A DNA stretch of 64,000 nt from Kiritimatiellia bacterium (lineage in GTDB: Bacteria > Verrucomicrobiota > Kiritimatiellia > RFP12 > JBMNHG01), in contig JBMNHG010000002.1 in NCBI GenBank assembly GCA_050950285.1, positions 568,654 to 632,653 of the forward strand, written 5' to 3'. Of the stretch, positions 17,127 to 25,429 are shown one piece after another. A program made the translations under genes and the position numbers. Every line of letters starts with the position of its first letter. Position 1 is the first letter of the stretch. Under the pieces are notes generated by a model. It made no database searches, had not been told where the DNA came from, and worked only from the letters and a program-made list of their open reading frames with translations.

Positions 17127-20100
17127 TCAGTTCAGGAAAACGACGGTGTTGCCGTCTTTCGGCGCTTCCGCCGGGTTCACGGAGAAGGAGAGGGGCCAGA
17201 GGAGCTCGTCCTCGCCGTAGAAGCGCAGTCCGAGTTTCACGGGAGGGAAGCCCACGCAGAAGCCGCGTCCCAGGATCTGGTTCCAGCCTTTCCGGAGGGT
17301 GATCGGGATGCGGGCGCCGGCGGTGGCGTGGCCGGTGACGTCGTTGTTCGCCAATTCGACGTACTGGAGACCTTCGACGAGTTCCCCGTTCAGGTACCAG
17401 CGGGGCGTGCACTGGAGGCTGACGAGGAACTGGGCGTCGAGCGTGGTTTCGGCGGGCGCATGGATCCACGCGGCGCCGTACCACACCTGCGCGGAGGGGC
17501 CGAAGAAAACGCGCGAGTCGAGCGCCGCGATGTCGCGCACGTGCCAGCGCACCACCCCCGGATCGCCCCAATAGCCCCGCACGAGCTCGCCTTCGTAGGT
17601 CGCGGAACGATCCACGTTGCCGCCGTCGGGCGGGAAGTCCCTGGGCGCGAGCAGGGCGATGCACTGCTCCTTCATGCCGGGCGGGCAATCCGCGACGAAG
17701 TTCTCGCAGCCGGGGCCGCCGAAGGGGCCGCAGCAGAGCCATTGGCGCACGGGCACGCCGTCGGCGAAGCCCCCGAACAGGGCGGGGGCCCACGAGCCGG
17801 GATAGAGGCGCGCCTCGCTCGGCTCGTCGTAGGTCTCGGTGTTGGCCGAGCCGTCGACGTTCGCCCACCAGAACTTGTTGTGGCCGCCGAGGTTCGCGGA
17901 GAAGTTCATGCGAAGGCGGGTGTCGGCGGAGAACGGATGGACGATGGCCGGGAAGGCGGAGCGGGGGAAGGCGGCGGCGATGACGAAAGACCGGCCGTCG
18001 TCGGCGACGGAGCATCCGAGTTCCGCGCCCTGGACGAGGTCGACGTTCTGGAAGGAGACGGCGCCCATCACGGGGGAGTGGTAGGAGATCGGGTTGGCGC
18101 CGGCGCCCTCCCAGAAGGGGTAGAGGCCGAGCGCGGCGGGCACGAGCGCGCCGTCCTGCTCGAAGATGGCGCAGACGACGCGGACATCGCCGGGGCGTCC
18201 GATGGGATCGCCGGCGACGGGCGCGTCGGGATCGCCCTGCACGTAGAGGCTCACGACGTCGTTCCCGGCGTCGTGGGTGAACATCCGGCCGATCTCCTCC
18301 GGGAAGGGGTTGGCCTGGAATGTCTCGTCTCCGGCGAGGGCGACCTGCCAGCGCACGAAGAGCGTCTCCGGGTTGTAGAGGCAGCGCGCCTCGATGCTCT
18401 GTCCGCGCGGGGAGGAGTAGGTGGCGGCCGATGCGGACTCCCAGCCCGTCATGGAGCCGTCGAGGGCGACGTCGCCGAGGGCGGGCAGGAAGCGCATCAC
18501 GCGGGCGCTGCCGGCGCCGCCGCGGAAGTTCAGCGCGAACTCGGGCGGATCGGCGACCTGCGAGGGGGCGAGGGTGATTTCGGCCGCCTCGAAATCGCCG
18601 GCTTCGAGCGTCCTCACGGGATTTTCCGAAAGCGACCAGTTCTCGAGCTCGTAGAGGACGGGGGTGTACTTGCCGCCCGCATAGTAGATTTTCCCGGTGT
18701 CGTGGTCGGGGTACATCGTGCCCACGAAGAACTCGCCGGGCTGGCGGTAGACGCCGATCTCCTCGCGATACCAGTCGCCCGGGAAGAGCGTGTCCACGTA
18801 CAGGCCGTCGTCGGTGTAGAGGGCGACGCCGCTGCGGGTCTGGTCGATCACCGAGACGATGCCGTTCATCGCGGAGAAGACGCGCATGGCGCCGACGAAC
18901 GCGCCGCGGTCGGAGCCGGCGAAGAAGGCGCGGCCGACGCGCCACCTCATGCGCATCCCGCCGTTTCCGTCGGGCACGTAGCGCGAGAGCTTGTACTGCG
19001 CGCCGACGTTCGCGTTCAGGCTGGGGCCGCCGCGCGCCTGCACGACGTATCCGTCTTCGGGATTGCCGTCCATCTGCATCCAGTCGCTGTTGTAGCTGTC
19101 CGCGAGTTCGTTGCCGCCGTGGACGGCGTCCGCCGTGCCGTCGGCGATGGCGTCGAAGACGGTGTCGTGGACCACGGTCTCCCATTGCGTGAAGACGGGG
19201 TTCCCGTGGGCGTCGAAGGACGAGGGGGCGAGGCGGAAGCCGTCGCGGCCGTTCTGCCCCAGCGCGAGGAGCTGGAGGGCGCCGGACCACTTCTGGCCGT
19301 GGTAGGTGCAGATCCAGCCGGGCCAGGGAAGGGGCGAGAGTTCGTCGTCCTGCAGCTCGCCGTCGTTGTTGGCGTCGTGCCAGGCGAAGACGTCGCCGCC
19401 GCGATGGCAGAGGGCGGCGGAGGGGACGATCGCCGTGCCGTCGCCGGCGAGGCGCCACACGTCGTAGCTGGCCTCGCCCGCGAGGAAAAGGGAGCCGTTG
19501 GCGCGAAGCACGGCGACCTTGTTGAGGAGCCCGTTGTACATCATCGGGCCGAGCCCTTCGGGCCAGCGAAGCGGCCAGACGGCGTCGGGCGTCCACGAGC
19601 CGGCCTGGTAGTCGACCCGGAAACGGGTGATCCAGCCGTTGTGGGTGTGCATGTAGACGTGGGTCGCGTCCTCGGGATCGGCGCCGTAGCCGCTGTTCGC
19701 CTTGGTCTGGTAGGCCGGGAACTCGCGGAGCCGTTCGCCGGTGTCGCAGTCCCATTCGGAGACGCGGTTCGGGCCGGACGCCTCCACGACGAGCAGGCGG
19801 TCCCTGCCGTCGGCGTCCGGCCAGGAGGAGAGGTTATAGGGATTCATCAGGGAATCGGGGTCGTAGGAACCGGGGACCTGCGCATCGAGCCTGCCGAAGA
19901 CCCGGGTGATCTGGCCCGACGCATCCAGCTGGTAGACGTGGTTCGCGGCGTAGTCGCTCACGTAGAAACGGCCGGACGAATCGACCGTCAACCGGGCGGG
20001 TTCGATCGAGTCCGGGATGGTGAAGACCTTGCTCCAGGACCATACGCCGCCCGCCGGGAGGCCGCCTGCGGCCAGGGGGACGCCCGCGACCGCGCAGGCC

Positions 20101-21062
20101 CCTTCGTCGTCCGGATCGGCGACGATCGCGTAGAGGACGCCGCCGCGGAGCGCGGTGGCCCGCACCCGGTCCACGGAGCATTCGCCCAGCTTGTCGCCGA
20201 ACGCCGTGTACGCCGTGATGGTGTCGATGCGCTCGGGGGTGACGGCCCATCCGTCGTACTTGGCGCCGATGGCGCAATAGACGAACGACTCGCCGGAGGA
20301 GGGATCGCGCCAGACGTCGAGGCCGACCGCCTCGCCCTCGATGAGGGTGACGCCGCCGCGGTAGGGCCCTCTCTGGTTGCCGAAACGCCGGGTGTCGGAG
20401 CGGTAGATGCAGTGGCAGCTGTCGCCGGAAATCGCCCAGGAGGTCTCGCCGTCGTTGCAGACCAGCGGCCCGCCGCCCGCGCCGCCGGAGGGGAAGGCGC
20501 GGAGGAACTGCTCCGGGCCGACCGGCCTGTTCAGGTCGAACATCGGGGTCTGGGCGCCGTTTTCCAGGTAGGTATAGTAGAACGAGGCGATTCCGTTCTC
20601 GGCGGCGTAGACGTCGGAGAGGGGCGCGTTGACGGGATCCCCGAAGAAGGGGATGCCGATCTTCCAGAGCCCGGGGGTGTCCGGCTTCGGGAAGTACTCC
20701 GAGAAGCCGACCGCGTAGCGGGCCGTGATGGCGTGCCAGTCGTTGTCGACATCCCACTTCCCGGCGGGGGTGTAGATGCCCTTCACGCCGTAGGTGCCGG
20801 GGGCGACGGGCATGTAGTTGTCGTCGAGCCCGTCCCATTCCTCGGTGAACCGGCCCTGGTTCTCCACGGTGACGGTTCGCGGCGCGCCGCAGAGGAACGA
20901 GGCCACGATCCAGTCGGGGTTGTCCCTGTCGACGGCCGCGAGCGTGACCAGGTAGGTCTTCGGCAGCGGGCCGTCCGCGGGGAGCTGGTAGGTCACCGTC
21001 GCGGAAGCGGCGAATGCCGAAGCCGAAACAAGGGAAAGCAGGGCGAGCATCAGTTTCTTCAT
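17127..21062 (-). CDS. large secreted protein (FlgD-Ig-like N-terminus, NHL/beta-propeller core, CBM-like C-terminus)
   Basis: Signal peptide MKKLMLALLSLVSASAFA after RBS GGAGG. EEWDGLDD...PGTY is FlgD-Ig-like, LTVDSSGRFYVSDYAANHV is NHL-like, and ALDGSMTGW is CBM9-like. 1311 aa. Confidence 0.7.
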   Translation of the reverse strand: MKKLMLALLSLVSASAFAASATVTYQLPADGPLPKTYLVTLAAVDRDNPDWIVASFLCGAPRTVTVENQGRFTEEWDGLDDNYMPVAPGTYGVKGIYTPAGKWDVDNDWHAITARYAVGFSEYFPKPDTPGLWKIGIPFFGDPVNAPLSDVYAAENGIASFYYTYLENGAQTPMFDLNRPVGPEQFLRAFPSGGAGGGPLVCNDGETSWAISGDSCHCIYRSDTRRFGNQRGPYRGGVTLIEGEAVGLDVWRDPSSGESFVYCAIGAKYDGWAVTPERIDTITAYTAFGDKLGECSVDRVRATALRGGVLYAIVADPDDEGACAVAGVPLAAGGLPAGGVWSWSKVFTIPDSIEPARLTVDSSGRFYVSDYAANHVYQLDASGQITRVFGRLDAQVPGSYDPDSLMNPYNLSSWPDADGRDRLLVVEASGPNRVSEWDCDTGERLREFPAYQTKANSGYGADPEDATHVYMHTHNGWITRFRVDYQAGSWTPDAVWPLRWPEGLGPMMYNGLLNKVAVLRANGSLFLAGEASYDVWRLAGDGTAIVPSAALCHRGGDVFAWHDANNDGELQDDELSPLPWPGWICTYHGQKWSGALQLLALGQNGRDGFRLAPSSFDAHGNPVFTQWETVVHDTVFDAIADGTADAVHGGNELADSYNSDWMQMDGNPEDGYVVQARGGPSLNANVGAQYKLSRYVPDGNGGMRMRWRVGRAFFAGSDRGAFVGAMRVFSAMNGIVSVIDQTRSGVALYTDDGLYVDTLFPGDWYREEIGVYRQPGEFFVGTMYPDHDTGKIYYAGGKYTPVLYELENWSLSENPVRTLEAGDFEAAEITLAPSQVADPPEFALNFRGGAGSARVMRFLPALGDVALDGSMTGWESASAATYSSPRGQSIEARCLYNPETLFVRWQVALAGDETFQANPFPEEIGRMFTHDAGNDVVSLYVQGDPDAPVAGDPIGRPGDVRVVCAIFEQDGALVPAALGLYPFWEGAGANPISYHSPVMGAVSFQNVDLVQGAELGCSVADDGRSFVIAAAFPRSAFPAIVHPFSADTRLRMNFSANLGGHNKFWWANVDGSANTETYDEPSEARLYPGSWAPALFGGFADGVPVRQWLCCGPFGGPGCENFVADCPPGMKEQCIALLAPRDFPPDGGNVDRSATYEGELVRGYWGDPGVVRWHVRDIAALDSRVFFGPSAQVWYGAAWIHAPAETTLDAQFLVSLQCTPRWYLNGELVEGLQYVELANNDVTGHATAGARIPITLRKGWNQILGRGFCVGFPPVKLGLRFYGEDELLWPLSFSVNPAEAPKDGNTVVFLN

Positions 21063-21239
21063 GGGTACCTCCTGGTGCGCGGATCGACAGAGTCTTCCAG
21101 GCATGGGGGACATGATATCGGCTCCAGGCGGAAAAGTCAGAGAAAAAAGCACCTGTTCCGAAAGCGCGATCGTTGCCTCATAATTCGTGACACCGAAATA
21201 TCTTGGGGTCGGGGAAGCCAACCCCGGTCGCCCCTCGCA

Positions 21240-21269
21240 TTGACACCATGCCCGGCATGTTGGTAAAGT
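21240..21269 (+). promoter_or_regulatory. sigma70-like promoter for the CNNM gene
   Basis: TTGACA (21240-21245), 18-bp spacer ending TGG, TAAAGT (21264-21269). Confidence 0.45.
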
Positions 21270-21356
21270 GGCGCAACAACCGTCCAGGAAAAAGGAGACC
21301 AGTGTTGCCGGGATGCCGGCAATCCCGCTTCGCCGGTGCGAAGTCCGGGTCGTCCG

Positions 21357-22376
21357 ATGAACCCATACGACTACCTTACCCTTCTTGCGATTCTTCTCGG
21401 CCACGTCCTATGCGCCTTCTTTGCCGGCATGGAGACGGGGGTGACGTCGATGAATCGCCTGCGCCTGCTCCACCGCGCCCGCAATGGATCCCGACCCGCC
21501 AGCGTGCTCGAAGGATTTCGTCGCGACATGGACCGCCTGCTCGTGACCTCCCTCGTCTGGAGCAACGTCATCAACGTCGCGATCTCCACCCTCGCCGCAT
21601 CCTTCGCGGCGCGCCGCTGGGGGGGCTGGGGGCAGACTGCCGCAGCCGTCGTCATCTCGATCACGGTGCTCGTCTTCGGCGAATACCTCCCCAAGGCCTG
21701 GTTCTATTCCCGCCCGCTCGAACGCTGCCTCCCCTTCGCCTATCCGCTACGCGTCGCCGAAATTCTCGTGAAGCCCGTCGGCAGCGTCATCACGCGGCTC
21801 ATGCAGTGGATCCTTCCGATCCCCCCCCATCACGACCGCCGGCCCACCTTCTCCCGCGAGAACCTCGCCCACCTCGCCCGCGAAAGCGAGGACAAAGGCC
21901 AGATTTCCGCCCTCGAGCGGCTGATGATCGACCGCGTGCTCGCCCTCCAGTACCAGACTGCCGCCGACCGCATGACGCCGCTCGACCGCGTCGCGAAGGT
22001 CTTCCACGACACCCCTCTCCGCGAATGCGGGCGCATCGCCCGCGCCTCCGGCCACCTCAAACTCCCCGTCTTCGACGCCACGGGCAAGACCTGCGTGGGC
22101 ATCCTCCGTCTTCGGAGCATGCTCACCCGTGCCGCCACCGACACCAAAAGCACCGCCTCCGAACACATGGTTCCTCCGTTCTTCGTGGAGGCCGGCATGT
22201 GCGCCGACGACGTCCTTCCCGAGCTCCGCCGCAACCACCGCCACATGGCCATCGTCCGCGACGCCGGCGGCAACGCCGTCGGCATCATCACCGTGGAGGA
22301 CTGCCTCGCAGGGCTGGTCGGGAACCTCCCCGTTGGCGTCGAAAGCGAACGCATCAACCGTTCCCCCGCCCTGTAG
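21357..22376 (+). CDS. CNNM (DUF21) + CBS domain protein (hemolysin/CorB family)
   Basis: AFFAGMETG, LVFGEYLPK, tandem CBS motifs, HMAIVRD...GIITVED. Confidence 0.88.
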   Translation: MNPYDYLTLLAILLGHVLCAFFAGMETGVTSMNRLRLLHRARNGSRPASVLEGFRRDMDRLLVTSLVWSNVINVAISTLAASFAARRWGGWGQTAAAVVISITVLVFGEYLPKAWFYSRPLERCLPFAYPLRVAEILVKPVGSVITRLMQWILPIPPHHDRRPTFSRENLAHLARESEDKGQISALERLMIDRVLALQYQTAADRMTPLDRVAKVFHDTPLRECGRIARASGHLKLPVFDATGKTCVGILRLRSMLTRAATDTKSTASEHMVPPFFVEAGMCADDVLPELRRNHRHMAIVRDAGGNAVGIITVEDCLAGLVGNLPVGVESERINRSPAL

Positions 22377-22450
22377 GGAGTTGTGCCGCGCCATGCGTTC
22401 CCGCGCTGCGGCATGCGGCCGCGAAGGGTCGCGAAGACGGTTCGAGACAC

Positions 22451-22479
22451 TTGTCACCCCGCCGGAAGTAGGGTACAGT
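22451..22479 (+). promoter_or_regulatory. sigma70-like promoter for rhaA
   Basis: TTGTCA (22451-22456), 17-bp spacer, TACAGT (22474-22479). Confidence 0.5.
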
Positions 22480-22565
22480 ATCGACATTCGCCGCGGGCGG
22501 CGCGGTCTCTTCCGGCAAGGCCGGAACGCACCGCCCGGCACCTCTTCTTCCGCAAGGAGCTTCCC

Positions 22566-23822
22566 ATGAGCTGCGCATGCACCGCCTCCGTCCATGACCT
22601 CTTCGCATCCCTCGGCATCGACGTCGACGCCGCCATGAAGGCCGCCGCCGCCGTGCCCGTCTCCATCCACTGCTGGCAGGGCGACGACGTGGGCGGCTTC
22701 GAGCACGAGACGGCGGCGGGCGTGGACGGCGGACTCGCCGTCACCGGCAACTACCCCGGAAAGGCCCGCACCCCCGGCGAGTTGCGCGCGGACCTCGAAG
22801 AGGTGCTGCGCCTCGTCCCCGGCGTCTCCCGCGTGAACCTCCATGCCTGCTATGCCGAGTTCGACTCCGCCCCGCGCGTCGACCGCGACGCCATCACCGT
22901 GGAACACTTCCGCAACTGGATGGACTGGGCCAAGGCGCAGGGCGTGCACCTCGACTTCAACCCCACCTTCTTCGCCCATCCCAAGGCCGCCGACGGCCTT
23001 CCCCTCACGAACCGCGACCCGGCGATCCGCGACTTCTGGGTGGAACACGGCAAGCGCTGCCGCGAGATTTCGGCCGCCATGGGCAGGGAACTCGGCTCCT
23101 CCGTGCTCGACAACTTCTGGACGCCCGACGGCATGAAAGACACGCCCGCCGACCGGCTCGGCTCCCGCCGCCGGCTTGCCGAATCGCTCGACCGCATCTT
23201 CGCCGAAACGATCGACCCGGCCCTCACCGTCGAATCCGTCGAATCGAAGCTCTTCGGCGTGGGCTGCGAAAGCTTCACCCCCGGCTCGAACGAATTCTAC
23301 CTGGGCTACGCCGCCTCTCGCGGCAAGTTCCTCTGCCTGGACGCCGGCCACTTCCACCCCACCGAAGTGATTTCCGACAAGCTGAGCGCCGTGTACGACT
23401 TCGTGCCGGGCATCGCCCTGCACGTCTCCCGCCCCGTCCGCTGGGACTCCGACCACGTGGTCACGCTCAACGACGAGCTTCTGGCCATCGCCCAGGAACT
23501 CGTCGGCAACGACCTCTTCCCGAAGACCCGCGTCGGCCTCGACTACTTCGACGCCTCGATCCACCGCGTCGCCGCCTGGGCCATCGGCGCCCGCAACATG
23601 CGCAAGGCCCTCCTCATGGCCTTCCTCACGCCCTTCGGCAAGATCCGCGAAGCCGAGGCCGCCGGCGACTACACCACCCGCCTCGCGCTGCAGGAGGCCT
23701 TCAAGACGCTGCCCTTCGGCGCCGTCTGGGACGAGTTCTGCGAACGCCACGGCGCACCCGGCGGGCTCGGCCTCCTCCGGGAGGTCAAGGCCTACGAAGC
23801 GGCCGTCACCTCGAAGCGCTAG
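22566..23822 (+). CDS. rhaA: L-rhamnose isomerase
   Basis: SIHCWQGDDVGGFE, TGNYPGKART, VESKLFG, LDAGHFHPTE, LHVSRPVRWDSDHVV, GLDYFDASI. Confidence 0.95.
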   Translation: MSCACTASVHDLFASLGIDVDAAMKAAAAVPVSIHCWQGDDVGGFEHETAAGVDGGLAVTGNYPGKARTPGELRADLEEVLRLVPGVSRVNLHACYAEFDSAPRVDRDAITVEHFRNWMDWAKAQGVHLDFNPTFFAHPKAADGLPLTNRDPAIRDFWVEHGKRCREISAAMGRELGSSVLDNFWTPDGMKDTPADRLGSRRRLAESLDRIFAETIDPALTVESVESKLFGVGCESFTPGSNEFYLGYAASRGKFLCLDAGHFHPTEVISDKLSAVYDFVPGIALHVSRPVRWDSDHVVTLNDELLAIAQELVGNDLFPKTRVGLDYFDASIHRVAAWAIGARNMRKALLMAFLTPFGKIREAEAAGDYTTRLALQEAFKTLPFGAVWDEFCERHGAPGGLGLLREVKAYEAAVTSKR

Positions 23823-23853
23823 GCCCGCGCGGACGGAGGCACGGGACAGCATC

Positions 23854-25389
23854 ATGCTTGCACGCGTGGTTTCAGGCGCCGTCTACGGCGTGGACGCCTA
23901 TCCGGTGGAGATCGAGGTCGACGCCGGACTGGGCGAGCAGAACACCGTCGTCGTGGGCCTGCCCGACGCCGCCGTGCGCGAGAGCAAGGATCGCGTGTGG
24001 ACCGCGCTGGCGAACTCCGGCTTCCGCGGCCACGTGGGCCGCACCACCATCAACCTCGCCCCCGCCAGCCGGAAGAAGGAGGGGCCGAGTTTCGACCTCC
24101 CCATCGCCATCGCATGGCTTCAGGCCTCGGGGGAGATGGACGCGCGCAACCTCGACGACTACGCCCTCGTGGGGGAACTCGCCCTCAGCGGCGAGGTGCG
24201 GCGCGTGCGCGGCATCCTGCCCATCGCCATGGCCATGCGCGAGGCCGGCAAGCGCGGCATCCTCGTCCCTCCCGAAAACGCCGAAGAGGCCGCCGTCGTG
24301 GACGGGCTCGCCGTCTACGCCGTGCAGACCCTGCGGCAGGCCGCGGACTTCCTCGAAGGGCGCGCGCGCCTCGAACCCGTGCGCCCCTCCCCCGCGATCG
24401 ACGCCGAGGCCGAAGGACCCATCGAGGACTTCGCCGACGTAAAGGGGCAGGAGTCCGCCAAACGCGCCATCGAAGTCGCGGTGAGCGGCGGCCACAACAT
24501 CCTCATGATCGGCCCGCCCGGAACCGGCAAGACCATGCTCGCCCGGCGCATCGCCACCATCCTGCCGGACATGACCCTCGAGGAATCGCTCGAAGCCACC
24601 AAGATCCACAGCGTGGCCGGCACCCTCAAGAGCCACCAGTCGCTCGTGCGCCGCCGCCCCTTCCGCGCCCCCCACCACACCATCTCCGACGCCGGACTGC
24701 TCGGCGGCGGCTCCCACCCCGTCCCGGGGGAGGTCTCGCTCGCCCATCGCGGCGTGCTGTTTTTGGACGAACTCCCCGAATTCCACCGCAACGTCCTCGA
24801 AGTGCTCCGGCAGCCGCTCGAGGACGGCGTCGTGACCATCGCCCGCGCCGCGGCCGCCGCGACCTTCCCCTGCCGCTTCATGCTCGTGACCGCGATGAAC
24901 CCGTGCCCCTGCGGCTATTTCGGCGACCCCCGGCGCGCCTGCCGCTGTTCGCCCCTCCAGGTGCAGAACTACCGGAACCGCATCTCCGGCCCCCTCCTCG
25001 ACCGCATCGACATCCACATCGAAGTGCCCGCCGTGCGCTACCGGGACCTCAGCTCCGCCCAGCGCGGCGACACCTCCAGCCAAATCCGCGAGCGCGTCGC
25101 CGCCGCGCGCGCGCGCCAGGCCGCGCGCTTCGCGAAGTCCGCCCCGGGCGTCACCTGCAACGCCGCCATGGGCGCCCGCGAAACGCAAACCCTCTGCGTC
25201 CTCAGGCCCGAAGCCCGCGACCTCCTCAAAATGGCCATGACGGAACTCCACTTCTCCGCACGCGCCTACGACCGCCTCATCAAGGTCGCCCGCACCATCG
25301 CAGACATGGAAGACTGCGCCGAAATCGACGCGGTGCACGTCTCCGAAGCCCTCCAGTACCGCTCCCTCGACCGCAACCTGTGGACCTGA
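23854..25389 (+). CDS. comM: YifB/ComM family Mg-chelatase-like AAA+ ATPase
   Basis: VGLPDAAVRES, INLAPA, GPPGTGKTMLA, PFRAPHH, GEVSLAHRGVLFLDE, NPCPCG, SGPLLDRID. Confidence 0.93.
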   Translation: MLARVVSGAVYGVDAYPVEIEVDAGLGEQNTVVVGLPDAAVRESKDRVWTALANSGFRGHVGRTTINLAPASRKKEGPSFDLPIAIAWLQASGEMDARNLDDYALVGELALSGEVRRVRGILPIAMAMREAGKRGILVPPENAEEAAVVDGLAVYAVQTLRQAADFLEGRARLEPVRPSPAIDAEAEGPIEDFADVKGQESAKRAIEVAVSGGHNILMIGPPGTGKTMLARRIATILPDMTLEESLEATKIHSVAGTLKSHQSLVRRRPFRAPHHTISDAGLLGGGSHPVPGEVSLAHRGVLFLDELPEFHRNVLEVLRQPLEDGVVTIARAAAAATFPCRFMLVTAMNPCPCGYFGDPRRACRCSPLQVQNYRNRISGPLLDRIDIHIEVPAVRYRDLSSAQRGDTSSQIRERVAAARARQAARFAKSAPGVTCNAAMGARETQTLCVLRPEARDLLKMAMTELHFSARAYDRLIKVARTIADMEDCAEIDAVHVSEALQYRSLDRNLWT

Positions 25390-25429
25390 TTCCCCTTACC
25401 CCCCTCCCCCGCCCCCAACCGAGGTCATC

